From: a candidate division WOR-3 bacterium
GTDB lineage: Bacteria; Hydrothermota; 32-111
Assembly: GCA_037481815.1 (NCBI GenBank)
Contig: JBBFKX010000002.1
Location: 288,001 to 352,000, forward strand
DNA length: 64,000 nt
Reading direction: 5' to 3'
A program made the position numbers and the translations under genes. Shown one piece after another: positions 20,514 to 33,200 of the stretch. The notes below the pieces were generated by a model that saw only the letters and a list, made by a program, of their open reading frames with translations, had not been told where the DNA came from and searched no databases. Position 1 is the stretch's first letter, and each line of letters starts with the position of its first letter.

Positions 20514-22535
20514 TCAAAACGATATAGAGGAGTTTAACGATACAGATCCATAATAAATATCACTCAACACATCCAGGTAAAAACATGGATAGAAACTCAA
20601 GTTTACAAATTTAAATTTCAACTTGAAATCTGGAGTAAACGACAAACACATCTTTTTTAACCCATCAAAATCTTTTTTCAAAAAGATTTGAATTAATAAA
20701 CCCAAAGAAAATTTGTCCGCAGAACCTATATATCCCAAATATAAACCATACTTTTCATCAATGATTCTCTCGATTTCTTCTTCGGTTATCAGCGCTCTAA
20801 AACTCATGGATGTTCTGAAAATGCTTTTATAAATTGAAGAAAATAAGAAATCAAACTCTGTGGATAGATTTTTCTTCTTTTCAGAAAATTTGTAATTCGT
20901 TTGAGTTATAAAAAATTTTCCTGAAAGATCAAGTAGATTCAGTTTTGTAGCATAATATGTTCCTGTTCCTGTTTTGAAAATATGATTTTTATCGTTTTCA
21001 AAATCTCCACTTGAAAAAATATTGTTTGTGATGGAGAAAAATAGGTGTGGAAGATTTTTATTTGAATAAATAAAGTTCAAATTTGTGAAAATATCATTAT
21101 GCTCGGAGTCAAGAAAAAAGATTTTATTCTGATCATCATCTTTAACAACAAGATCTCCTGCTAAAACAAGATCTTTTGTTATGAAAATCTGATTTTTTAA
21201 TAAAAATCTGGTGTAATTGTTATAAAAAAAATAATGGTCATAATGTGAAATTTTTGTTATATAAATTAGAGCATAATATTTTTTTAGATCTATTTCACTT
21301 CCAAATTTTTGGGAAAAGTTTTCAAAATTTCTAAAGTTAGATAAAGAGTCATCACTCAATATAACATATGGAGATGAAATGTTGTAGAACAGTTTCACCT
21401 TTTTACTATACAGATGAAAATTGTTGTTCAATTTGAAGTTTATATAGAACAAAGAATCCTTCAACAGCACATTTTCAAGGTTAAAACCATAGAGGTTTAA
21501 CCTTCTATCAAAAGTAAAACTTGAAAAAAACTTTTCAGTATATGTAAGCTTTCCAGTGATATTTGAAATGGAGATCAAAGAATCTCTGTAGTAAAAGGAA
21601 AATCCTTTTAAAGGAATATGACCATAATTTGAAAAACTATCATAATAATAAAGATCCAACAAATTCAAAGTAACTTTTTTGAAATTTAGACGAAAACCCA
21701 TTTTATTTTCGCTCCAGAAATTTTCTCCAGAATAAACATTGTTATATATGCTAAAGTTGTATGAAAAGTTACTAACGTTTCCATAAAAATAAATAGAGTA
21801 TGAGTTGAAGAAATTGTTCAAAATGTTTGGTTCATATCGAAAGTTATACGACATTTCTCCATTAAAAAGGTTTTTAAAAAAATCTTTATTTGAAATATTA
21901 AAATAATAAGTTTTGACCAGTTTTTCTTCTTTTGCAAGATCTATCCTGTATCTTGATGGCTTTAAAAGCTTTTCAGGTGCATAGGTTAGTATCTTTTCCC
22001 CAATTAAACATTTCTCTGTTATGTTTTCACCATCCATTACTATTTTTACATCTTTTGTTCCATCAGGTATATAAACTGAAAATATGAAATTATCAGGGTC
22101 AATTTTTTTCCCGCTTTCAGGTAATAATAAAATGATTTCACTTTTTAATTTTTTTTCTTTAACAAACTTTACAATATTTTTAGTTCTTTCCTGGATCAAC
22201 TCAGGTAAATATTCTAACTTGTTATCTTTAGTTAAAATCTCAAAATAGTAATAGAAATCTTTTTGTGGCAAAGAATCAAAAGGTATTGAAACAAAAGTTC
22301 TGTTACCATCAAATTGCATTCTAAACCTTTTTTCGACATTAAAATCTGAAAGAACAATATATAGTTCTCTAATTCTATAAGGATCCTCTTTAAAAATTAA
22401 AAAAATTGTAAAATTTTCTCCATCATAAAGTTCATCTATTTTTGAGTAATCTGCCATGATCCCGGGGAAAACTTTTAAATATAACATTAAAAAGATAACC
22501 AGGTAAAAAAATTTCTTAGTTTTCGATGTAAACAT
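20514..22535 (-). CDS. Hypothetical exported protein, probable C-terminal outer-membrane beta-barrel (start uncertain)
   Basis: Hydrophobic N-terminus, Ig-like N-region, aromatic alternating strands, ends SLNSSISF. Confidence 0.55.
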   Translation of the reverse strand: MFTSKTKKFFYLVIFLMLYLKVFPGIMADYSKIDELYDGENFTIFLIFKEDPYRIRELYIVLSDFNVEKRFRMQFDGNRTFVSIPFDSLPQKDFYYYFEILTKDNKLEYLPELIQERTKNIVKFVKEKKLKSEIILLLPESGKKIDPDNFIFSVYIPDGTKDVKIVMDGENITEKCLIGEKILTYAPEKLLKPSRYRIDLAKEEKLVKTYYFNISNKDFFKNLFNGEMSYNFRYEPNILNNFFNSYSIYFYGNVSNFSYNFSIYNNVYSGENFWSENKMGFRLNFKKVTLNLLDLYYYDSFSNYGHIPLKGFSFYYRDSLISISNITGKLTYTEKFFSSFTFDRRLNLYGFNLENVLLKDSLFYINFKLNNNFHLYSKKVKLFYNISSPYVILSDDSLSNFRNFENFSQKFGSEIDLKKYYALIYITKISHYDHYFFYNNYTRFLLKNQIFITKDLVLAGDLVVKDDDQNKIFFLDSEHNDIFTNLNFIYSNKNLPHLFFSITNNIFSSGDFENDKNHIFKTGTGTYYATKLNLLDLSGKFFITQTNYKFSEKKKNLSTEFDFLFSSIYKSIFRTSMSFRALITEEEIERIIDEKYGLYLGYIGSADKFSLGLLIQIFLKKDFDGLKKMCLSFTPDFKLKFKFVNLSFYPCFYLDVLSDIYYGSVSLNSSISF

Positions 22536-23160
22536 AAATTGTGTCATTTTTGTAGTTTTCAAACTCTATCTCAATAATATTTTTATCATTAAAGGTTTGA
22601 GGTTTATAAACTTCCTTTTTTGATTCGACTTTATATGGATTCTCGTTCTTTCTTATTATAATCTGTTCGTTTTTCAATCCATTTATTTTACCATACTCAT
22701 TTTCAACTTCAAAATCTTTACAATAAAGAATTGAAATTTTTGCAATCGAATCTGTTAGATCAACAAAAAAAGATGAACTATCTGAAAAGATAAATGTATC
22801 AAAAATTTTTAACTGAACATTTTCTTGATAGGTTTTGAAAAAAAAGTTTCCATAGTTAAGGTTCAACCTAAAAATAGATCGGTCAGATAATTCAAAAATG
22901 TTTGTTGAAAATTCACTTTCCCCGAAGATGGAGATTTCGCTCTTTCCATCAATTAAAACAAAATCTAATAAAGAAAATTTATCAAGAAAAATATTGAAAC
23001 TATCCTTGATTATATCTCCTTTTTTTAATGGTTCTTTTTCTTCCTTCTCCATCTGAAAAACATATCCTTTTGAACTTTTAACAACCCCTATTTCTTTTGA
23101 AAATAGAAAAAAAACTAATAATGTTAGGATAAAAAAAACTATTATTTTTTTGTTTTCCAT
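22516..23160 (-). CDS. FecR-like domain exported protein
   Basis: Signal/TM segment, then IGVVKSSKG..PLKKGDII...DGKSEISI..ESEF...LNLNYG, a degenerate FecR pattern. Confidence 0.55.
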   Translation of the reverse strand: MENKKIIVFFILTLLVFFLFSKEIGVVKSSKGYVFQMEKEEKEPLKKGDIIKDSFNIFLDKFSLLDFVLIDGKSEISIFGESEFSTNIFELSDRSIFRLNLNYGNFFFKTYQENVQLKIFDTFIFSDSSSFFVDLTDSIAKISILYCKDFEVENEYGKINGLKNEQIIIRKNENPYKVESKKEVYKPQTFNDKNIIEIEFENYKNDTIYVYIEN

Positions 23161-23684
23161 CTTATGTTTTTTAGATCGTATAGATTTAATTCTTTTAAAT
23201 CAACTTCGACTCCATTCACCCATACTCTTCCGGTTGGATAAAATCCTGCGATCCCAAAAATTTTAAAAATTAGAGAAAGATATTCATCTTTACTCTGATT
23301 TACTTCGTAGAAGATATTATCATGACCAGTGTTGAAAAAAAGAATATTGCTTCTTTCTATAACTCCATTCTCATAACTTTCAAGATACCATGCGAAAGAT
23401 TTTTTGGTTGATAGATAGAAAAAAGTATCAAGAACAATGTAATTTTTATCCGATACATCAATCTTTAAAAATGGTTTTGAATATATTAAAACATCTTTTC
23501 CAATATCATTAAAATCTGTTATATCTTTTATTATAAGAGAACACAAAGAAGATGAATTAAAAATAAAAAAATGGTTAAATGGTTCACTTTTCTCTTCCGA
23601 TCCAGGATAGAAAATAGTCAAATCAGCATAAATAAAGTTCGCTAAAACAAAAAAAATAAATAAAGAAATTTTTTTTCTACTCAT
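23142..23684 (-). CDS. Hypothetical exported protein
   Basis: Signal peptide; overlaps both neighbours. Confidence 0.65.
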   Translation of the reverse strand: MSRKKISLFIFFVLANFIYADLTIFYPGSEEKSEPFNHFFIFNSSSLCSLIIKDITDFNDIGKDVLIYSKPFLKIDVSDKNYIVLDTFFYLSTKKSFAWYLESYENGVIERSNILFFNTGHDNIFYEVNQSKDEYLSLIFKIFGIAGFYPTGRVWVNGVEVDLKELNLYDLKNIRWKTKK

Positions 23685-24216
23685 TTAGCAGGGACATAAA
23701 TATTAGATCAACATATTTCCCATCTTTGAACGAATGTTTCTTAAAAACTCCTTCCCTTTTAAATCCCAATTTTTTATACATTTTTATAGCATTTTTATTA
23801 AACTCATAAACCTCAAGAGAGATCTTATGGAGTTGCAGATTTTTAAAACCATAATCAACAAGTAGTTTTGTAGACTCGGTCCCATATCCTTTATTTTGAA
23901 AATCTTTATCAATGGCGATTGCAAGCATAGCTCTCCTGTTAGGCCAGTTGAAATCGGATAAACTTATCAATCCCACAGTATCAAAATTTTCTTTTTCAAC
24001 AATTTTTAAAAATAAACCTTTTTTTTCTTTGTTTAAAGAAATTATCTCTTTTAACATGATTCTGTTTCTTGGGAACCTTTCGGCAAGGTTTTTTCTCACA
24101 TCAGGATCGTTTAAAATTTTTTGAATGGTAAAAAGGTCATCCTCTTCGATCGGAGAGAGTATGACCTTTCTACCTTCTAAAAAGATTACTGGCTGTTCTT
24201 TTTTATTTTTTTTCAT
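23677..24216 (-). CDS. GNAT N-acetyltransferase (RimJ/RimL/SpeG-like)
   Basis: FQNKGYGTE, LHKISLEVYEFNKNAIKMYKKLGFKREG. Confidence 0.92.
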   Translation of the reverse strand: MKKNKKEQPVIFLEGRKVILSPIEEDDLFTIQKILNDPDVRKNLAERFPRNRIMLKEIISLNKEKKGLFLKIVEKENFDTVGLISLSDFNWPNRRAMLAIAIDKDFQNKGYGTESTKLLVDYGFKNLQLHKISLEVYEFNKNAIKMYKKLGFKREGVFKKHSFKDGKYVDLIFMSLLNE

Positions 24217-24217
24217 G

Positions 24218-27200
24218 TTATCTCAAATTCAAGATTTTAATGTTTTTTTCATAAACAATTTTTCCATTTTTGTTTGATAAAACCTTTATGAAATATATTC
24301 CCTGACTTGTGATATAATTTTCAAGTTCAAACCTGTGGACTCCAGAGTTGATTTTTCCATCATAAACTTTTCCAACACTTCTTCCAGAAAGGTCAAAAAT
24401 TTCCACTCTCGTATAACAATCCTCAGGAATCTCCATAAATAGAATTTTCTCATTTATACTGTTGTTCATCTTCAAGTTGAAATATTTTATGTTCTTATTT
24501 TTTAACACGGACATATTATCTATATTCGAATATGAAACTATAGAGAATAGATCGGAGTAGTAATAGATTGAACTGTTGGAACTTGATGTCAGTTTCAACA
24601 TACAACTATCAGAGTACATACCTGATGGAACGGTCCATTCATAGTTTCCGCTATTGTTCTGGTTTGCAATAATCTGGATCCAAGAAACACCTTTATCATA
24701 AGAGATCTCAAGATTGTACTGTAAAATAGTTCCAAGTGTTGTCCATGTAAAATAGTATTTTTTTGTTGTTTCAAATACATTTCCCAGAACAGGAGAAGTA
24801 AATTTTACGATAGGTTTTGAAATAACAAAAGTATCAGATATTCCATAAATCGTTGATTGAGAGGAATTGGAAATTTTTATTAAAGCCATGTCGGACACAG
24901 CTATATCTGGTATTGTCCATTCATAATAACCTGTATTTGAAACACCCGATGCTATCGACCTCCATTGCAAACCAAGATCAGTTGAATAGAAGATATCACA
25001 GTTTGTAAATGCACCTGAGTTTCTCCATGTAATATAATATTTTCTTCCTGCAATCATTGTATCAGAAGAACTTGGAGATGTTACCATTATATTTTGTGGT
25101 AAAATTGTAAACCTTTCTGATACACCATAAACATTGTTGTTACTACTATTCAAAACTTTTATCAAACAGTTATCCGAATCCTCTGTTGGAACAGTCCATT
25201 CGTAATAACCATTGTTTGCAACACCTGTCGCCACATATATCCAGGTTGCTCCATTATCCTTTGAATATTGTATATCAACATTTGATATTGTTCCAGTATA
25301 TTTCCAGGTAATAAAATATTTGTTTCCCGAAACATAATCATCCGTTGATTTTGGAGAGAGAACCTCGATCGTTTGTAAAGGTATAGCGAATTTAGAACTT
25401 GTTCCGTACACACTTGTATTATCATAGTTGGATACTTTTACAAAGCAGTTTTCAGAAGGTGTATTCGGAATCGTCCATTCATAAGAGTTTGTATTTGAAA
25501 GGTTGTCTACCACCATGTTCCAGCTGGCACCATCATTGTATGAATATTCAATTCTGACTTTCGATACAGTTCCAATATTTGTCCACGTTACAAAATATTT
25601 TCTTCCAACAATCCATCTATCAGTAGAGATTGGAGAGTTTACAAGAACAAGTTGGGGAACAATCGAGAACACTTCACTGTCATCATATATCGATTCGTTG
25701 TTCGAATTTGTTACCCTTATAAGAACAAGGTTCGAATTAACATCTGGGACAGTCCATTCATAGTAGCCGTTATTTGTTAAATTGGAAGCAAGAGAAATCC
25801 AGTTTGCACCATTATCTAAAGAATAATAGAGGTTAACAGTGGATACAGTACCAAATGTTTTCCATGTTATTATATATTTTCTACTTACAAAGAATTGTGA
25901 ATTTAAAGTCGGATATGTTATTTCAAGTTTTTGAGGTATAATTCTGAAATTATCAGAAAGATCAAAAACATTAAGGTTTCCAACGTTTCTGATTCTTATC
26001 AAACCATTTGAAGTTGAAGATAAAGTTGTTGGTAAAGTCCACTCATAATATTTGTTGTTAACTGTTGAACCTGTTATCGTGTTCCAGATCGATCCACCAT
26101 CGAGTGAGTACTCAAGCATAACATTATCAACTGTTCCAGTGTTGTACCATGTTATAGGATAAGTTTTTGATACCATTAAGGAGTCGTTCAACGATGGAGA
26201 AAAGAGAACTATGGTTTGAGGTATTATAGAAAACCTTTCAGAAACATCATACACATTTTCCAGAGATGAATAACTGACTTTAACAAAACAACTATCAGAA
26301 ATATAATTGGGAACAGTCCATTCATAATATCCAGAATTGGTATAAGATGAAACTATCGAATTCCAGCTTGCTCCATTATCTGTAGAATAATAAATGTTTA
26401 CTTTATCGATAAGACCATCATTTTTCCATGTGATGAATATTTTACTTCCAACGATAAACGATGAATTTGGTTTAAACGATGTTATGTTTATCACTGGATA
26501 TACTGTTACAAATTGATTGGAAACATCCTGAACAAGAACATTCGCTTTGTTTTTCAACCTGATAAGGGTCTGCAAAGAATTTGAAATCGGGAAAGGATTA
26601 AACAGATAATTTTGATTCGAAGCAACAATTGAATTTGCAAATGTGGTCCAGTTTGAACCGTTATCAAGAGAGTATTCACCAACAAGTGTATCAATGCCAC
26701 CTGTATAATCCCATGTAAGATAGAAAGGTGAAAGTGATAAAATTGTATCATTTATATTCGGATATGTTATGTTTATCGATTGTTCCTTCATCACAAACTG
26801 GTTAGAATACCCTTCAATAACCGGTGACTCATAACCTGTTACTTTAATAAGACAGTTCGTTGCTCCAACCTCAGGAACCTTCCACTTAAAATATTTTTGA
26901 GTAGCACTAATGGTATCTATTATTGTATAGGTTGTTCCTCCATTCTTAGAATAAGAAATAACAACACTATCACCACTACCCATATTTGAATACCATGTTA
27001 TATAATAGTTTTTACCACAGAGTAAAGTATCCGATAACTTTGGTGAAACAACAGTTACCGATGGGTACTTCATTGTGAAAATAGGAGAAACTCCAAAAAC
27101 AGAAGTATTTGAACTGTTCTTTACCCTTACAAGAGAATTTGAAGAAGAAATGTTCGGTAGAGTCCAGAGATAATATTTTGAGTTCGTTGTTGTAGTGATC

Positions 27201-30200
27201 GTCTGCCATGTGGATCCACCATTTGTTGAATACTCAAGATCAACATTCGAAAAACTGCCAGTATAGTTCCATGTTATGTAATATTTTCTACCAGCAACCC
27301 ATTCTGAACCTGAAATAGGTGAAGTAACATTTATTGTTTGAGGAATTATTGAAAATCTTTCACTTGTTGCTGTTGATGATGTTAACCTTAAACAGGTTAT
27401 CCTTATATAACAATTTGAACTTATAACATTTGGAACAGTCCATTCAAGATATTGTGTTGAAGATGGAATCGTATCGATCTGTGTCCATATTGTTCCACCA
27501 TCAGTTGAGTATGAAACTATAACCGAATCGTTTGATGAACCCAAAAAATCAAAAGTAATCAGTGCCTTTTCTCCTACTATGTATTCATCATTCAATTTCG
27601 GTGAAGTTATCGTTATGATTTTATCAGAAATTGTAAATAATTCAGAGACTCCAAGAATTGAGGTATTATCTTTGTTAACTATTCGTATAAGAGTTGAATC
27701 ACTCTTTACATTTGGAGTTGTCCAGAGATAATATCTGTTAGATGATAAAGTTTTTCCAAGAGTGTTCCATGTTGTTCCATTATTTGTAGAATATTCCACT
27801 ATTGATGAATCATAAAGTCCTTTGTAAGTCCATGTAATATTGTACTGTTTCCCGGAAATTAAACTTTCAGTTGAGAAAGGATATTTAACCGTTATCTCCT
27901 GTGGGATTATTTTGAACAGAGATGAAAGATCATATTTTGTTGTATCATCAACATTTGCAACTTTTATTAAAACTGAATCCGAATAATTTTGAGGTAATGT
28001 CCAGAGATAACTCTGAGAGTTTGTCGTTGAATTTGTTATCACATTCCAGTTCTTACCATTGTCAAGAGAGTATGTTATCTTAACATTTGAAAAGTTACCT
28101 GTATAGTCCCATGTGATATAATATTTGTTTCCGGCATACCATACGGTTGAAATATCAGGATATGTGACCAAGATGTTCTGAGGAATTATAGTAAATGTAT
28201 CCGATACATCAAATACATTGCTGTTCCTTGTGAATTCTACTTTTACAAGTGCTTTATCGGAAGAATAATTTGGAACTGTCCATTTGTAGGAATTGGAATT
28301 TCCCTGTTTGGTAACAAAAGTCCAGTTCGAACCACCGTCTATCGAATAGTAGATGTTTACAGAATCAACTCCACCAAGGTTATACCAACTTATATGATAG
28401 TCTCTTCCTGCTATAAAGGTATCATTTGTTAAAGGCGAGGTAATAAAAATTTCTTGCGGTTTTATTACAAAACTCTGCGAATATGCAGTTACCTGATTAT
28501 CTCCATATTCTTCTATCCTTATTAAAGCATTTGATGTTGGTTCATTTGGAATTGTCCATAGATATGAACCTGTATCAGGAACCTGACTTTTTACTTCCTT
28601 CCAAGTTATTCCATCTGTATTATAATAGATTTGAACTGAACCGGGTTGACCTTTTATCGTTCTCCAAATTATATTATGTGCTCTTCCAACATAAAGTGTA
28701 TCAGTATTATCAGGGTATACAACTTCAAGAATAGATTTTTTTACTACAAGATTATTCTTCTCTAAAGTCTTTCTTAATGAATCTGATGAATCATAAAACT
28801 CCAACTTTATATTAAAATTGTTTGAAGAAGCATTATGAGGTATTTTGAACAGTAAATAATTTTGATTTGATATTCTTTCTCCATATTGTAAATAGTTAAC
28901 ACCATCTGTAGAATAAAGAAGTTCAACAGAATAATTTGAATATATTGAATCCATGTTCCAGACAATATAATAAAATTCATCAACATACATCGTATCATTT
29001 TGATTTGGGAAAATAATTTTATCAATTGTACTATAGGGTAAAACTGTAATTTTATCAGAAATATCAAAAGTATCACCTGTTGTTTTATCTAAAACCAATA
29101 TTTCTATCGTATCTGATAAGGAATCCGTAAAAGTATCTTTAAAGAAGAAAACATCGTTAATTAAAAAACTTCCAAGATTGATAATTCCTTTTTTATTTGA
29201 ATTGATTTGAATTATAATTGAATCATTCAAAAATCCTCTATTAGATAAATAGATTGGGAAATAGTTATTATAATAAATAGTATCACTACTATCCGGTTGA
29301 TCAATGTTTAAAACAGGATAATTTGCTGAAAAATTGTTATCAGATTCATCATAGGCATAGTTATCTTTATTTGACATAACTTTGAACTTATACGTATTGA
29401 AAGGATAAGATGGCATCCTCCATAGATATGATCCTGTGTTTTTCACCGTTGTCAGAGAGTTATAGTTTATTCCACCATCAAATGAATAGAATAAAGAAAC
29501 TGAATCAGGACCTCCGATCCAGTCCCAATTAATTTCAAGTTTTTCACCACGATAGAATGATTCTCCACCATTCGGTTGAACGATATCATATATTGGTCTT
29601 ACTATCGAAAAAACCTTTGAAAGAGAATATACAGAATCATTCGCGGTACTTGTAACTTTTATCCAACAACTATCACTTACATAATTTGGAACTGTAAAAA
29701 TAAAACTTCCAGTATTCATGGTTGCTGTTGAGATGAATGTACTTTGAACAATTCCTGAAACTTTATAATACAATTCTATGATCACACTATCAACAGTTCC
29801 AGTCCAGTTCCAGTAAATTGGATATTTGTTCCCAACGATCAACACTGCTGCTGAATCGGGATTGAATATTGAAACTGTAGGTTTTAAGATTGAGAATTTG
29901 TTATCACTTATGTCATAGGAAAGATTATCAGAGGTATTCGTTATTCTAACTATACAGTTGTTTGAAACATCGTTTGGAACTTTCCAGATATAATTTCCAT
30001 CATTTGTTTCTGAAGATGAAATCGTTTTCCAGATTGTTCCTCCATCGGTTGAATACTCTATTTTAACATTTGAAAATTGTCCATCATTTTCCCAGTGAAT
30101 TGGAGTATATTCTCCAACAGTAAGATTTTCAAAGCCATTTGGAGTCAACACTTTTATTGTCGGTCTTTTTATAGAGATCAAACCATCCGATACATCCTTT

Positions 30201-33200
30201 GTTAAAGAATCGGTTGTGCTTGTCACTTTCAACTTTATCGAATCTGAAACAACAAGCGAAGGTATCGACCATCTGTAATATCCATTATTTGTAGTTGAAG
30301 AAATAATAGTATTCCATGTATTCCCGTTGTTTGTAGAGTATTCAATCTTTACATTGGAAACATTCCCATTATTCTTCCAATGGATAGGTAATATATTCCC
30401 AGAAATAAAACTCTCACCTCCATTTGGTGAAAGTATCGTTAGAGTTGGTGATACTATTGAAAAATTGTTATCAGAAATATCCTGAGTGTTTCCATCAGTT
30501 GTACTTGTTATTCTAACCTTTACATTTGAAGAGACAACAGAAGGGACTGTCCAGTTGAATACACCATCGTTTGGGTCGGAGGGGTCAATTGAAATCCAGT
30601 TTATTCCATCTGTTGAGTATTCTATCATAACATTTGCAAAAGTTCCCTGACTTCTCCATCTGATTGGATAAATCTCGCCACCAACCAAACTCTCCCCTCC
30701 ATTTGGAGAGACGATTGTGAGTGAAGGAGAAACTACTGAAAAAACTCCATTGGAAACATCAAAAGTGTTTATTGGATCCTGATTGTTTGAAACTCTAAAA
30801 AGAACATTTGAACTGACTGCTGTTGATGGAACAGCCCATATAAAAGAACCATCATTTAAAGTATCAGAATTAATAATTTTGTTCCATGTCGATCCACCAT
30901 CGGTTGAGTATTCAAGTTTTACATAAGAAAAACTACCGATCCAATTCCATTCAATCGGGAAATATTCACCTGCAATTATAGTTTCTCCGCCATTTGGTGA
31001 AACAAGCGTAATTTGTGCAGGGATAATTGAAAACTGCGAACTCACAGCATAATTAGATGGATCAGAAACATCCGAAACTTTTATCAAAACATTTGAACTT
31101 ATTGTTGAAGGTGTTGTCCAGAAGTATGAACCTTCATTTACAGTTGAACTGACTATGACATTCCAGGTAGAGCCATTATCGGTAGAATATTCTATCTTCA
31201 CATTTGAGATCTCCCCATTATTGATCCATTCTATTTGATATACATTTCCTACCAAAAGTGAATCGTTTGATTTTGGTGATTTAACAGTTATCGTTGGCTT
31301 GGAAATTGAGAATTTTTTTGAAACAGCAAAGGAGTTTAAAGTATCAGAAAGATTCAAAACTTTTATGAAGCAATCATTTGAATTTAAGTTAGGGATGGTC
31401 CAGATATAAGTGCCAGTATTTGAATCACTATTAGTAATAACATTCCATGTCAATCCATTATCCGAAGAATATTCAATTTTTATATTTGGGAAATATGTAT
31501 CATAAGTGTAATTTATTGAAACTTTTTCTCCAGACAGAAATGAAACACCAGAATCGGGAGAAATGATTTTTATAGATGGTGAAGAAATTGTAAATGTGTT
31601 ATCAGAGATATCAAAAGAATTGTTATCAGAACTGTTTCTTACTCTCACCTTATAATTTGTTGATGGTGTCAAAGTTGAAGGTATATTCCAGATATAGGAA
31701 CCATCATTTGTTTCCGATGAAATTATCGAGTTCCATGTTGTTCCACCATCAGAAGAATAATCTATATTCACAGATGAAAAATCACTGTCACTGTTCCATA
31801 AAATAGGATATTTTTCTCCAGTTTTATATGCTTCTCCACCGTTGGGAGATAAAAGATTTATCTGAGGTGATTTTACCACAAAAGTTGTATCACTTATATC
31901 ATATGATGTCACATCCGAAGAGTTTGTGATTTTTAAAAGATAACTTGAAGATGTTGTTGATGGAACAGTCCAGACATAACTTCCATCATTTGGAGTGCTT
32001 GTTACAATAGTGTTCCATGTTGCTCCGTTGTTGGTTGAATATTCAATGTTAACATTTGAAATGGTTCCCTCTGTTTGCCAGACAATCGGATACTTATTTG
32101 AAGCTATCAGTGTATCATTTCCATTGATTTTGAGTATCTTTATTTCAGGTCTCTTTATAGTGAAAGAAAAATTGGATATATCAAACACCGAAGAGTTTGC
32201 AGCATCAGAAATTTTTAGAAGACATTGAGAAGACGGTGTTAAAGGAACTGTCCAGACAAAAGAACCATCGTTTGGATCTGACGCATCTATCGTTGACCAA
32301 CTTGAACCATTATTGGTGGAATATTCTATCTTTACATTAGCAAAAGATCCACTCCAATTCCAGTTTACAGGATATTTTTCTCCAACTATCAACTGTTCAC
32401 CACCATTCGGATAAGTTATATCTATCTGTGCTGTTACTATACTTGATTGTGAATTTGAGATATCATAGCAGTTCACATCGTTAACATTTGTTATTCTTAT
32501 CAAAAGGTTTGTTGTTGAAATGTTTGGAACAGTCCATAAATAACTACCATCACATGCGGTAGATGTTATGATAGAGTTCCAGTTCACTCCACCATCAGAA
32601 GAATATTCCAACTTAACATTAGCGATAGAACCTTCCCAATCCCAACTTATGTTCGCCTTTGTACCTGCCACAAAAGTTTCTCCTCCATTCGGTGTTAAAA
32701 GGGTAAGGGAAGTTGAAAGTATTGAAAAAGTATAATCGGATATATCATAAACAGCTGGATTTGACACATTCGTAATCTTTAACAAACATTTAGATGATGG
32801 ATTTATCGAAGGTATCAACCAGTTATGACTCCCATCATTTGTGGTTGAAGTTGTTATACTGTTCCAGATGTTTCCAGAATCAGCAGAATATTCAAGTTTA
32901 ACACTTGTAAAAGATCCACTCCAGAGCCAGTATATCGGATAATATTTTCCTGTAATGTATTGCTCTCCACCATTTGGAGTGATCAAAGTTAAACTATTGT
33001 TTGCAATGGTAAAAGTATTTTCTGTTACAGCAAAAGAATTTGGATCTGTAGTGTTGGTTACTCTTATTTTACACTGATTTGAAGGAAAGTTTGGAACACT
33101 CCAAATGTATTCTCCATCGTTTGGAGTAGAACTTGTGATAACCGTCCAGTTTGTTCCTCCATCTGTTGTGTATTCAAGTTTGACATTCGCAAAAACTCCT

